Assembly (NCBI GenBank): GCA_050633305.1
Contig: JBOEGF010000018.1
Span: 32,001-96,000 of the forward strand
DNA length: 64,000 bases
Reading direction: 5' to 3'
From: Nannocystales bacterium
GTDB lineage: Bacteria; Myxococcota_A; Polyangia; Nannocystales; Nannocystaceae
A program made the position numbers and the translations under genes. The notes beneath the pieces are model-generated. The model saw only the letters and a program-made list of their open reading frames with translations. It was not told the DNA's origin and did no database searches. Positions 21,531 through 31,250 of the stretch are shown here, piece by piece. Each line of letters begins with the position of its first letter. Position 1 is the stretch's first letter.

Positions 21531-21733
21531 CGCGGCGGACACTAGCAGGGCGGGCCGGTCCTGGCGAGATGGTAACGGCCCCGCGGATCGACGCAGACGC
21601 ACGGACGGAAGGCTCGCCCTGCCCCCGAATCGTCTGTAGAGGACCTTTCACGGGCCCGAGGCCGACCCGGTGGAGACGGGGGGGAACGACGGCTGCTGCG
21701 GTGGCCGTTTCCTCGCGGGCTCCCGCCCGCGGT

Positions 21734-22330
21734 TCACCGGAACATGTTCCGCAGGAACATGCCGACCCGTCGAAGAAGCTCGTCGGACGCTGGGTCTCGG
21801 AGGTCACCTTCGAGCCAGGTCGGGCCCATGCCTGGGCTCGGCGCGAGGCCGTGGTTGAACCGGGTCTTGGCGTCGCGCAGGCTCTCGGCCTCGGCATGCT
21901 TCTGCGAGAGACTCAGCCCGCCGCTGCGGACGAATTCCAGGACCGCTGGTAGCTCGCCGTAGTCGAAGAACGTGCCATGGCGGCGGCACACGTCGACCAC
22001 GACCCCGGAGATGGTGCCGAAGTTTCTCCGCAGCATCGCCTGCTTGCAGTGAGGGCAGTGCCGGTAGACGACCTTGCTGGTCACCAGCCCCACCGGCATG
22101 GTCTTCCTGCGAACGGCGTCGAGCGACGAGGGGCGGGCCGACTGCGCCGCAGAGTGCAGCAGTTGCCCGAGCGTGTCGCGGTCAACCCAGACGCCCGCGC
22201 ACGTCTCGCAGGCCTGGACCTGGACCGGCTCCTCGGGGGAGGGCCGGTACGGACTGTTGGACCGCGGCGGCCACAGGCGCAGGGGCGTACCGTCGGCACA
22301 CCCTGGGCACAGCAGTCGAGGCTCGGTCAT
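21734..22330 (-). CDS. Protein with two zf-TFIIB-like zinc ribbons
   Basis: CPGC...CETCAGVWVD and CPHC...DVCRRHGTFFDYGEL. Confidence 0.8.
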   Translation of the reverse strand: MTEPRLLCPGCADGTPLRLWPPRSNSPYRPSPEEPVQVQACETCAGVWVDRDTLGQLLHSAAQSARPSSLDAVRRKTMPVGLVTSKVVYRHCPHCKQAMLRRNFGTISGVVVDVCRRHGTFFDYGELPAVLEFVRSGGLSLSQKHAEAESLRDAKTRFNHGLAPSPGMGPTWLEGDLRDPASDELLRRVGMFLRNMFR

Positions 22331-22359
22331 AGGGACAGGTTACCAGCGAAACGCAGGGT

Positions 22360-24315
22360 TCATTCCGCCGCGGCGACTTCCACGGGGATCCCCGTCATCG
22401 TCAGTTGTCCGCTCACCCGCTCGATGTGTTCCGGGCCGCTCGGCAGAATGTCGTTGAGGCTCACGCCGTGCACGCCGTGGGGCATCACAACCGTACCTGG
22501 AGCGACGTCGGGTTGGGCGAGGACGCTGACCCGCATCGCTCCCGCGGATGTACGCAACTCGATCCGAGCGCCGTCGTCGAGCTCTCGCGAGGCGAGGTCG
22601 TCGGGGTGCATCCACGCGGATGCCTCCGGTTCACCGTCTCGCTGACCACCGTGGAGCCAGCTGTTGTGCCCCAGTCGTCGGCGTCGGCCGATCAGCCGCA
22701 GGCCGCCCACGGCCGGCTCGGGGGTGGTCTCGAGTCGCTGGAACTCCGCGGCGATGTCCTGGTTCCAAAACGTCACGCGGTTGCGTTGAAGGTACCGGCC
22801 GGGACGGGCCGACGGTAATGGAACGCCTGCGGCTGGAGCTGGAAACCACCGGGACAGGTCCTTTCGAAGCAGAGGCCACAGGGGTCCTCCAAGCCGCAGC
22901 CGGGTGGCGAGCTCGGCGAGAATCTGCGAGTCGTGTCGCGCTTCGCCTGGGGGCGGCATCAGCGGCCCGGACAGCTGCGCCCGGCCTCGTGCCTGAAACG
23001 GGATCGATGCCAGGCCGATGTCCCAGCGCTCCAACCAGCTCGTCGCAGGCAAGAACACGTCTGCATGGGCAGCTGTTCGACTCTCGAACATGTCGATGCA
23101 CGCGAGGAAGTCGAGCTGCGTGATCGCCTGCTCGAGCCGGGACCCGCCAGGAATCGAGCGGAGAGGGTCGCCACCGATCACGAGCAGCGCGCGGATGCGT
23201 TCGTCGCCGTCGGTGAGAATCTCATCCGCCAGGATCCCGCCGGGCAGCGAACGCACCGTGGACCGAAAACCACCGACGCGAGCGTGGGTTTCGGCGAGCA
23301 GCCCCGAGCGCCTGGCAATCCAACGGACGGGAGCACTGGTGCCTGCGAATACCGACCCTCCTTTCGCGTCGAGGTTTCCCGTCGCGTAGGCGAGGGCTTG
23401 CATGAGCACGTAGGCGATGGTCCCAAACCCGCTCATGTTTACGCCCACGCTCATGTGGAACGCGGTGCGATCGGAGCGCTCGAGGTCGGCTACGAGGGCC
23501 TCAAACGCCTCTTCGCTGATGCCTGTGCGCCGCAGGCATGCGTTCGCATCCACCTGTTGCGCGGCATTGAGGAGGTCTTCGAACCCCTCAACGCGGTCGG
23601 CCCGGTACGCGGGTCGTCCCACGCGTGCCAGAAGAGCGAGCAACAGCCAGGCATCGGTCGCTGGACGAATCGGGAGATGTCGCCCCCAACGTCTTGCGCT
23701 CTCGGTCCGTCGTGGGTCGACCCAGACGATCGTCCCGCCTCGTTTCTCGATGCCCCCGAATGCACCCGCGCTGCCTCCCTCGAGGTGCACGAAGCTTGAC
23801 TGGCTGACGTAGGGGTTGGAGCCGAATACGACCGCGAGGTCCGCGTGTTCGAAGTCGGGAATGGGGTGCACGAACGGGTTGCCGTGCACGAGCCGGCCGG
23901 CGGCGAACTTGTTGTTGCAGTCTTGGCTTCCCGCGAAGAACACGTTGCGGCTCCCGAGTTGCCCGACCATGTGCACGATCGCCGCAACGCCCAAGCTGTT
24001 GAACGCCATCGGGTTGCCGAAGTAGATGCCGACGCTGTGGGGTCCGTACTGCTTGCGAAGCCGGGCGAGCGTATCGGAGACGGAGTCGAGCGCTTGGTCC
24101 CAAGACGCCCGCTCTTGGCCGATTCTCGGGTAGACCACCCGGTCCGGGTGCGTAGCGACCTCGACGAAACGAGTTCCCTTCGCGCACGCAAACCCCCTGC
24201 TTGCGGGGTGATTCTTGTCTGGCCTGAGGCCTACGAGCGTGCCGGCTTCGTCGCGCTTGGCCACAAGACCGCAGGCGGCTTCGCAGATCCGGCAGAAAGT
24301 GTGGGACCGCTGCAC
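22360..24315 (-). CDS. Molybdopterin-dependent oxidoreductase with 4Fe-4S N-terminus
   Basis: CRICEAACG...GFACAKG, DVFLPATSWLER, MHPDD, PGTVVMPHG. Confidence 0.92.
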   Translation of the reverse strand: MQRSHTFCRICEAACGLVAKRDEAGTLVGLRPDKNHPASRGFACAKGTRFVEVATHPDRVVYPRIGQERASWDQALDSVSDTLARLRKQYGPHSVGIYFGNPMAFNSLGVAAIVHMVGQLGSRNVFFAGSQDCNNKFAAGRLVHGNPFVHPIPDFEHADLAVVFGSNPYVSQSSFVHLEGGSAGAFGGIEKRGGTIVWVDPRRTESARRWGRHLPIRPATDAWLLLALLARVGRPAYRADRVEGFEDLLNAAQQVDANACLRRTGISEEAFEALVADLERSDRTAFHMSVGVNMSGFGTIAYVLMQALAYATGNLDAKGGSVFAGTSAPVRWIARRSGLLAETHARVGGFRSTVRSLPGGILADEILTDGDERIRALLVIGGDPLRSIPGGSRLEQAITQLDFLACIDMFESRTAAHADVFLPATSWLERWDIGLASIPFQARGRAQLSGPLMPPPGEARHDSQILAELATRLRLGGPLWPLLRKDLSRWFPAPAAGVPLPSARPGRYLQRNRVTFWNQDIAAEFQRLETTPEPAVGGLRLIGRRRRLGHNSWLHGGQRDGEPEASAWMHPDDLASRELDDGARIELRTSAGAMRVSVLAQPDVAPGTVVMPHGVHGVSLNDILPSGPEHIERVSGQLTMTGIPVEVAAAE

Positions 24316-24487
24316 GACCGCAGGGTATCGCGCCGCTCCGGGCTTCCGTCTGTCGCGGCTGGGATCTGAAGCACAGCGTGGGATGGAACGCCGATTTGTT
24401 GTCGGGCTGGGTCGTCATCACACGGCGACGACCGGGGGCCGCGGGCAGCCGTTGCCCAGGCCCGCGCGGGAGGGCAAGCTCAACGCG

Positions 24488-24979
24488 GTGGTGCGGTTGC
24501 TCGTCGGCTCGGTGCTCGCTCTGTCGCTGCTCGCTTGCGCGCCGCAGTCGGGCCTTGTGCTCGAAGAAGAGATGCCAGATGCGACGGGCTGTGACGATGC
24601 TTTCTGCAAGAGCGGACTACGGGTCGCCCTTGTGAGTCCCGTCTTCATCCCGGGTGCGTACTCCTTCGTCTCGAGTGCGGATGGCGTGGAGACAGCCTGC
24701 GACTTCGTGGTCGGTGGGTTGGAGGATGGCTGCGGACCCGGCGGTCCTTGCCTGCTCGACGACGACTGCGACGCGACGGCCAACCTCTCGTTTTCGCCCC
24801 ACAGCGTTGTGGTGCAGGTCGGGCCGGGCGCGCCCGAGTTGGTCGAGGTCACGCTCTACCGCGGCGGTTCACCGATCGCAGCGAGCAGCTTCGCACCGGG
24901 GTACCAAATCTACGAGCCAGGGGGTCCGGGCTGCGAACCGGTCTGCGAGATTGCCTCCGCGCAGCTCGACATCCCGTGA
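24488..24979 (+). CDS. Cys-rich lipoprotein
   Basis: Lipobox LSLLAC; C-terminal PGGPGCEPVC. Confidence 0.7.
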   Translation: MVRLLVGSVLALSLLACAPQSGLVLEEEMPDATGCDDAFCKSGLRVALVSPVFIPGAYSFVSSADGVETACDFVVGGLEDGCGPGGPCLLDDDCDATANLSFSPHSVVVQVGPGAPELVEVTLYRGGSPIAASSFAPGYQIYEPGGPGCEPVCEIASAQLDIP

Positions 24980-25091
24980 GAGCGGCTCGACCTGGGCCGC
25001 AACTGCCGCACCCGAGCGCTGCGCGAGCCCCGATGCGGAAAGCGCCTTGCGCCAGGGCTCCGTTCGTGGTCCGTTGGTTTCAGGCCTGCAC

Positions 25092-25595
25092 ATGAGCACC
25101 CAGAACGTCGACGTCGAAAACCTCGAAGTGACCGGAAAAAAGCCCGAAGGAGACAGTGCCGAAGCGCTGAACTTCGCGGATGACGTCACGATCGTGGTCG
25201 CTCAGGCGTTCGGTCCGACCGGGGAGAACCTCGTCGGTGTCACGGACGTCAAGTTCGACGGGTTCTCGGCGATCAGCCTCATGGTCCGCAGTGGCGACCG
25301 CGAAGAACTCGTCCACCTGAGCCCGATCCATGGCGACGGCCGCAAGAAGGGACTCGACGGCCTCGCCAAGGGCTCCAAGTGCGAGCTCTTGTGCCCCGTC
25401 AGCAAGAAGCCCCTCGACCGCATTGGCAAGGTCGTCGATGACGGCGACGCGGAATACTTCGCCATCTACCTCACACCTAAGCTCGACCGCGGCTCCACGA
25501 TCTACATCAGCGATGTCTGGGGACACCATCACTCCCGCGTCGTCGACAACAACGAACTCATCTCGTATTGGGCTGCCACCGAAGACAACGCCTGA
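25092..25595 (+). CDS. Hypothetical protein
   Basis: Clean ORF with strong GC3 bias; HLSPIHGD and CELLCPV motifs. Confidence 0.75.
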   Translation: MSTQNVDVENLEVTGKKPEGDSAEALNFADDVTIVVAQAFGPTGENLVGVTDVKFDGFSAISLMVRSGDREELVHLSPIHGDGRKKGLDGLAKGSKCELLCPVSKKPLDRIGKVVDDGDAEYFAIYLTPKLDRGSTIYISDVWGHHHSRVVDNNELISYWAATEDNA

Positions 25596-25614
25596 GCGGA
25601 CTTGGGGGAGGCCG

Positions 25615-25944
25615 CTGTGGCGAGCGCTGGCGGTCGTGTACACCGCGGGGCTCCTGTTCTTGCTGTGGAGTCCTCCGTCGGGACAACCGCAGCTGTTTCC
25701 GCACGACGACAAGGTCTTTCATTGCCTGTCGTTCTGCGGCATCGGAGCGAGCTGGTGGTGGGCGACACGCCGTCCACCAGCCGTGTTGTTCATCGGCGGT
25801 GTTCTGGCCGTGGTCTCCGAGGTCGTCCAAGGCATGCTGCCTTGGCCTCGAACCACCGATGTTCTCGACATGCTCGCCGACGTCACGGGGGTGGCGATCG
25901 GAATGGCGGTCGCACGTGCGTGGGGCTCTCACCGCGACGTTTGA
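25615..25944 (+). CDS. VanZ family membrane protein (start uncertain)
   Basis: DKVFH, SEVVQGMLPWPRT, DMLADVTG. Confidence 0.8.
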   Translation: MWRALAVVYTAGLLFLLWSPPSGQPQLFPHDDKVFHCLSFCGIGASWWWATRRPPAVLFIGGVLAVVSEVVQGMLPWPRTTDVLDMLADVTGVAIGMAVARAWGSHRDV

Positions 25945-27401
25945 GCGCGGGCTCGAAACCGGTCGATGAACCATAGGCTTCCGCCGTAGCCGAGGCCGAA
26001 CGCAGCGAACGCGAGCGCTCGGCCCGGCATGCTGGAGAGCGACACGCCGCTCGCACCCGTGACGACGGCCGCGACCCCGAGCCCGATGAGGCCTGCGAAG
26101 ACCGGTGACGCCGTGACGGTGTCGATTCCCCAGACCCCCGCGAGGCGGTGGAGCAGGACCGCCTGCGCGATGGCCTGGCATAGGTATGCCGTCACGACGG
26201 AGAGTGCGGCCCCCACGAGGCCGAACTGCGGAATGGCGACGAGTCCGACGGCGAGCAGCACCGCGATCGTCATCAGGATGTTGAGCAGGTGCAGGCCGGA
26301 GTGCCCGCGCGCGTACAGGGCGACACCCGACAAGCCTACGGTGCTCACCACCAACCAGCCCGAGGCAAGGATGAGAAGCGGTGCGCTCGCTTGCGCGAAC
26401 TCTTCGCCGAACAGGGTGAGGACGTCGCTGGCAAACAGGAACAGAAACGCAACGACCGGAACTTGAAGCGACGAGACCAGGAACGAGGCTCGGGACAGCA
26501 CCTTCTTGAGCCTGGTGGACGAGACCGCCGGCTCGGCCGCAATCGCCGCGACGATGGGATCGAAGCTGCGGCGAATGGCCCGTAGGGCGTTGCTGATCTT
26601 GGTCACGATGCCCCACACCCCCGCGAGGCCGAAGCTCCCGGTGAGTGCTTCGATCAACAAGACGTCGAGGCGCTGGAGTGCGGAGTTGGAGACCTCCGCC
26701 GCCCACATGGGCACGGCGAAGCGGGCGAGGCCTGGAGGCGACGCCGTGCCGTTGGGTCGGCCTCGAAAACATCGCCGAAAGCCGACCGCTGCCGCTGTGA
26801 GGGCGAGCAGGTTCGATGCGAGGTACGCGACGCCCAAGCCGACCTCGAGGAATCCCGTCGCGGCGAGCCCGAGCGCGAACAGGGGGAACGCAACAGGGGC
26901 CAGCACATCCTTGACGATGACGTTCGTCTGCATGCGACGGGTGCCCATCGTCGCGTGTGTGAGGAGCTCGATCGCGACCAGGACCGGCAGGGAGAGAATC
27001 AACAGACGCAGCGTCGCGGCAGCTTCGGGCGGGCGACCCTGCGCGAGCATCTCCTGAGGTCCGACGAAGGCCAGGACGAGCAACACCACGACCGTCGAGG
27101 TTCCGACGCCGCGCAGCGCAGCTCGACGGAGCAGTGGAAGTGGCGAGCGGTCCTTCTCCCGCGGGATCCACCACAGCAGCGCCTTGTCCATGCCGACCAG
27201 GCTGACGCGCAAGAGCAGCAGCGTGATCGCTTGCGCCACATAGAACAGACCGAAGCGCTCCGTCCCGTACAGGGCCGCGACGGTGACCAGCAGGACAGGG
27301 TCGGCGAGTTTGAACAGGTTGCCGAGCAGATTGATCGCCGCTCCCCGACGGAGATCACGTTGATCCGCGCCCGCCGGGTCTTCGGTCTCGTTGGGGGTCA
27401 C
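25929..27401 (-). CDS. Oligosaccharide flippase (Wzx/MOP family)
   Basis: Many TM segments, FGLFYVAQA, RLDVLLI, IPQFGLVGAA. GTGA overlap with the glycosyltransferase. Confidence 0.85.
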   Translation of the reverse strand: MTPNETEDPAGADQRDLRRGAAINLLGNLFKLADPVLLVTVAALYGTERFGLFYVAQAITLLLLRVSLVGMDKALLWWIPREKDRSPLPLLRRAALRGVGTSTVVVLLVLAFVGPQEMLAQGRPPEAAATLRLLILSLPVLVAIELLTHATMGTRRMQTNVIVKDVLAPVAFPLFALGLAATGFLEVGLGVAYLASNLLALTAAAVGFRRCFRGRPNGTASPPGLARFAVPMWAAEVSNSALQRLDVLLIEALTGSFGLAGVWGIVTKISNALRAIRRSFDPIVAAIAAEPAVSSTRLKKVLSRASFLVSSLQVPVVAFLFLFASDVLTLFGEEFAQASAPLLILASGWLVVSTVGLSGVALYARGHSGLHLLNILMTIAVLLAVGLVAIPQFGLVGAALSVVTAYLCQAIAQAVLLHRLAGVWGIDTVTASPVFAGLIGLGVAAVVTGASGVSLSSMPGRALAFAAFGLGYGGSLWFIDRFRARAQTSR

Positions 27402-28546
27402 GCAGGAATCTCGCGGTAGACCTCGGCGTACGACGCGGCCACGCGGTCCCAACTGAAGCGGTCCTCGGCTTCGCGTCGAGCCGCCGACGCGAGCGATGCC
27501 GCCAGCGCCGTGTCGCCCCGGAGCCGCTGGATCGTCTGCGCAAGCGCTTCAGGGGCTTGAGCAAAAGTGATCAACGCGGTCTCACCTTGGGTCACAAGCT
27601 CGGGGATCGACCCGCGGTTGGTTGTCACGATCGGGGCGCCAACCGCCATCGCCTCGGCAATCGCGTTGCCAAAGCTCTCTTCCCAAGATGGAAGCACAAC
27701 CATCGAGGCGGTGGAGATCAGCTCGCAGAGCTCCGCCTCGGGAACCCAATCCCGAATGGTCACGCGTTGGGTCAAGCCGAGCTGCTCGATACGTGCCCGC
27801 ATCTGGGGCAGGGCCGGACCGCGGCCGACGAGGACAGCCGGTGGAGGATCGGGGAGTCGGCCGAGCGCTTCAACGAGGTCGAGGACGCCCTTCTCTTCGG
27901 CGAAGCGGCCGAAGAACAGCAGCTGCTCGGAACCTGGCGGCTGCCAGCGATGCTCGAAAAACACGCGCTCGACGCCGTTCGGCACGACGCGGATTCGCTT
28001 GGGGCGAAGTCCGAACACTCGTCGAAGGCGCGAGGCGGAGTCGCGACTGGTGGGGCAGTACCGGTCCGCCCCGGCCAACGCGATTCCCAAGGCAGCGTAT
28101 TTTCCATGCAGGAGCATGTGACGCATCCGCGCGACCGGCCGACGCCAGGACCCGTCGCTCATCGACGCGGGGAAGGACGGGTACCGGGGGGTCACCACGA
28201 ATGGGCCCGAGAACACCTTGCGGTGCCCCGCTGCGACCGCCGCCTCTTCGCCGTTGGAATGGACGACGTCGGGCGCCAGCTTCTCGAGTTCGGATGCGAC
28301 GGAGAACGAGGAGAGCGGACGCAACCACGACGATGGTCGGCTGCGCATCGCGACCAGCTTCGCCCACCGCACGCCATACGGAAGGTCGCTCGGGACACGG
28401 ACTTCTTCCCCGGGGGCCCGCGTGTAGACCACATCGACCCGGTGCCCCGACCGCGAGAGCGCGCATGCGAGGTTGTGGGCGGAGCGCTGTGCACCACCGG
28501 AGTACGCGGACCAGGGGGAGAAGTTGACGGTGAGTGCGACGTGCAT
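27398..28546 (-). CDS. Glycosyltransferase family 4
   Basis: GGAQRS, VPNGV, GRFAEEKG, PSWEESFGNAIAEAMAVG (Ex7E). Confidence 0.93.
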   Translation of the reverse strand: MHVALTVNFSPWSAYSGGAQRSAHNLACALSRSGHRVDVVYTRAPGEEVRVPSDLPYGVRWAKLVAMRSRPSSWLRPLSSFSVASELEKLAPDVVHSNGEEAAVAAGHRKVFSGPFVVTPRYPSFPASMSDGSWRRPVARMRHMLLHGKYAALGIALAGADRYCPTSRDSASRLRRVFGLRPKRIRVVPNGVERVFFEHRWQPPGSEQLLFFGRFAEEKGVLDLVEALGRLPDPPPAVLVGRGPALPQMRARIEQLGLTQRVTIRDWVPEAELCELISTASMVVLPSWEESFGNAIAEAMAVGAPIVTTNRGSIPELVTQGETALITFAQAPEALAQTIQRLRGDTALAASLASAARREAEDRFSWDRVAASYAEVYREIPA

Positions 28547-28547
28547 G

Positions 28548-29462
28548 TCAGGAGGCCTGTCGTTGTTGTTCGCGTGCGAGCCGTACATGGCCGTGCGCGG
28601 TGAACCAGGCGATCGATTGCTCGAGAGCGGCGGTGACCGAAGTTGCCGGCGGGAGCGAATCGCTGGTTGCGGGTGGAGGTGCTCCGGCGTCGCGGGGATC
28701 GAAGTCTTCGCGGAGGAGCCGGCGCACCCACGGGGTTGCGCTCCCCAGTCGAGAGTTCAGCAGGGCACCTGGTCGTGACCATGGACGCGAGCGCGGACCG
28801 AACCCATCCGCCCACAGCTCGAGCAACTCGCGGGCGTCCAACACCTCTCCGGGGAGCGACCATTCACTGTTGGGTGCAGCGTCGTCGCCCGCCAATCCGG
28901 CGAGTGCGGATACGACATCGGTGGCCGGGACCAGTGCCAACGAACCCGGTACGAAGGTTCGGATGCTGCCCGCGGCGAATCGCAGCATCGCTCGACCGAG
29001 CCAGGACGGGCCGACGTCGCCGGCGCCGACCGGACTGGGGTGACGCAGGACACGGACGTCTTGGCCGGCGGTGCGGGCGCTGGCGATCGCATCCAGCAGG
29101 CCACGACTCGCATCGGGAGCGGGGGAGGTCGGGACTCCCACCACCACGCGCTGCACCCCACCGCGTTGCGCGGCTTCGAGAACGGCGCGCGTGACGTCGG
29201 CGTTGTCGGTTTCCCGATGTCGGGTCGCCCGAGCAGATCCGCTGCTCGGGCCCTGCATCGCGACGTGGAGGATGGTTTCGCAGCCCTCTACGGCCCGGTC
29301 CGCATCCGCGGTGTTACGTAGATCACCGACCACCTCTGCAGCGATGGTTGGGCGACGCGAGATTCGTCGGAGGTCGGAGTTGCCCCACGGGTGTTGCTGG
29401 ATGTGCGTGCCGAGAAGGCTGCGCGCTCCTGCAACGAGGATGGACTTGGATCGAACGGACAT
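28548..29462 (-). CDS. Degenerate NAD-dependent epimerase/dehydratase-like protein
   Basis: ILVAGARSLLG Rossmann-like start, GDLR, VLEAAQRGGVQRVV, PVGAGD. No clear YxxxK. Confidence 0.65.
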   Translation of the reverse strand: MSVRSKSILVAGARSLLGTHIQQHPWGNSDLRRISRRPTIAAEVVGDLRNTADADRAVEGCETILHVAMQGPSSGSARATRHRETDNADVTRAVLEAAQRGGVQRVVVGVPTSPAPDASRGLLDAIASARTAGQDVRVLRHPSPVGAGDVGPSWLGRAMLRFAAGSIRTFVPGSLALVPATDVVSALAGLAGDDAAPNSEWSLPGEVLDARELLELWADGFGPRSRPWSRPGALLNSRLGSATPWVRRLLREDFDPRDAGAPPPATSDSLPPATSVTAALEQSIAWFTAHGHVRLAREQQRQAS

Positions 29463-29570
29463 CGACGGCGGTGCTGCCTGTTTCGTCGCCGACGACCTGG
29501 TTGTTCCATCCTATTTTCGCGCGGTCGGTAACGTCGGTCCTTCTTGCTTCGAATCTGCGCTCGGGAATCG

Positions 29571-30092
29571 ATGCCCCACGACGAAGATAAGAAGTCCGCG
29601 CCCCGCCCGCTGGGTCGGCGCGCCATGTTGACGCTCGCGGGTACGTTTGGCGTCTATGCGGGACTGACCGCAACACACCGGGGGGAGTTCTGGCCGCTCA
29701 GCATTTTCCCGATGTTCTCGTTGGCGGGGCGGCCATGGCGGCGGGCGCTGATGGTGGCACTGGCTGAACCAGCGGAGGCTTTCGTGTGGACGCCCACGAC
29801 GCTGGAAGCGCTGCCAGGATCTCCGGCGTCGACAACCAGCGTGGGGTTGAGCGCCAACGACATGTCGAAGTTCGTTCAGCTCACCGAGGACTGGGACGCC
29901 GCGCGCGTCGCAACCCTCCGGGAGTTTTGGCAGCCGATGCTCGACGAGGGGGCGACGTTGCTGCTCTATCGGGCCGACGGACACCTCGACGATGACGACG
30001 GCGTGATCACCGAACTGGTGCCGCTGGTCATGCTTCGACCCGAGGGGCACGAGGTCAATCCGAATCTGAACCAGCAGGGGGTCCCAAGTTGA
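29571..30092 (+). CDS. Exported or membrane-anchored hypothetical protein with WPLSIFPMFS motif
   Basis: GRRAML twin-arginine-like stretch, hydrophobic segment, GEFWPLSIFPMFS. Confidence 0.75.
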   Translation: MPHDEDKKSAPRPLGRRAMLTLAGTFGVYAGLTATHRGEFWPLSIFPMFSLAGRPWRRALMVALAEPAEAFVWTPTTLEALPGSPASTTSVGLSANDMSKFVQLTEDWDAARVATLREFWQPMLDEGATLLLYRADGHLDDDDGVITELVPLVMLRPEGHEVNPNLNQQGVPS

Positions 30093-30994
30093 AGGCTGCA
30101 AGACTCGCCGATCGGCTCGCGACAGAGTTGTTCGATTTCGGTCGGCGTTCGACGCCCGGAGAAGTGCTGTTCGCCCGGATCTTCGAGGTCCTGGTGGTGC
30201 TTTGGACCCTGCAACACTGCTGGGAGTGGGCGCCGTACATCCAGCGGATCGAGGCCGTCGTCCTGCCGCTCGGGTTGGCGAACTACGTCGATGTGTCGGT
30301 CTTCTTCGAAGACGGCTTGTCGTACGGACTGGCGGCGGGTGTGACCCTTGCCCTCGTCGCCGGGTTCTTCCGGTGGACGAAGGCGGCGTACCCGGTCGCG
30401 CTTCTTGGGTTTCATCTGCTGTACGTGTCGCGCTACTCGTTGGGCGAGATCAGCCACGGGTCGAACTTCATCGGCCTCGCGTTGCTGGCATTCGCAATCG
30501 GGACCGTTGCCTTCTCCGACGACGCGACCTCCACGTTCCGTTTTGCGTTCGGGTTCCTCTTCTTCATCTATGGGGTCGGTTACACCTCCGCAGGCGTATG
30601 CAAACTGATCGGAACCGGCCTCGACTGGCCACATCCGGCCCACTTCGCGCTATGGGTCGGTGAGCGAACCGTCGACGTGACGTCGCGCGAGGGGGTGTTC
30701 GAACCGACCGTGCTGCAGCGCATCGGTCTCGCCTACCCGTGGCTGGGGAGTGCCTCGCTCGCGTTCGGTCTGGTGGCGGAGCTGGCCGGGGTCCTGATGT
30801 GGATCCGCCGCTACCGGATGCCCGTCTTGCTCGCACTGCTGGCGATGCACATCGGGGTCGATCTCACGCTCGACATCCTCTTCCTACACAACATCATGAT
30901 CCTCGCGCTGCTGGCCCTGCCGTGGTCGAAGCTGATCGACGCGGCTCTGGTGCGCGTGAGATCGGCCCCGGCCGCGCCGGGCTCCGGCGTGTAG
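30089..30994 (+). CDS. HTTM-like polytopic membrane protein
   Basis: GEISHG, YTSAGVCKL...GLDW, LVAEL, AMHIGV motifs. TTGA overlap with the upstream gene. Confidence 0.7.
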   Translation: MKAARLADRLATELFDFGRRSTPGEVLFARIFEVLVVLWTLQHCWEWAPYIQRIEAVVLPLGLANYVDVSVFFEDGLSYGLAAGVTLALVAGFFRWTKAAYPVALLGFHLLYVSRYSLGEISHGSNFIGLALLAFAIGTVAFSDDATSTFRFAFGFLFFIYGVGYTSAGVCKLIGTGLDWPHPAHFALWVGERTVDVTSREGVFEPTVLQRIGLAYPWLGSASLAFGLVAELAGVLMWIRRYRMPVLLALLAMHIGVDLTLDILFLHNIMILALLALPWSKLIDAALVRVRSAPAAPGSGV

Positions 30995-31028
30995 CGTCCG
31001 GATGAGCCCCGAGGAGGGGACAAGGCCC

Positions 31029-31063
31029 AAAAAATGAGGGGCGCTCCAGATGGAGCGCCCCTC
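31029..31063 (-). terminator. Rho-independent terminator after tRNA-Ser
   Basis: GAGGGGCGCTCCA-GA-TGGAGCGCCCCTC inverted repeat followed on the minus strand by ATTTTTT. Confidence 0.85.
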
Positions 31064-31066
31064 TTG

Positions 31067-31153
31067 CGGAGTCGGAGGGATTCGAACCCTCGGTACCGTT
31101 TCCAGTACGCAGATTTAGCAAACCTGTGCCTTCAGCCTCTCGGCCACGACTCC
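31067..31153 (-). tRNA. tRNA-Ser(GCT), CCA not encoded
   Basis: GGAGTCG/CGACTCC acceptor stem, CAGGT-TTGCTAA-ATCTG anticodon arm, long variable arm, GAGGGTTCGAATCCCTC T arm. Confidence 0.97.
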
Positions 31154-31250
31154 ACACAAACGCTGCTTTTGGGGGCAGGAACCTAAACCCAACTCCGCTC
31201 GGTTGCAAGCCCGCATTGCACCCGGCGACCGGGAGTCGCACACTGGCTCG

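Noticed and set aside
31067..31153. tRNA-Ser as an integration site
   Set aside because: No duplicated 3' end and no integrase found in the window.
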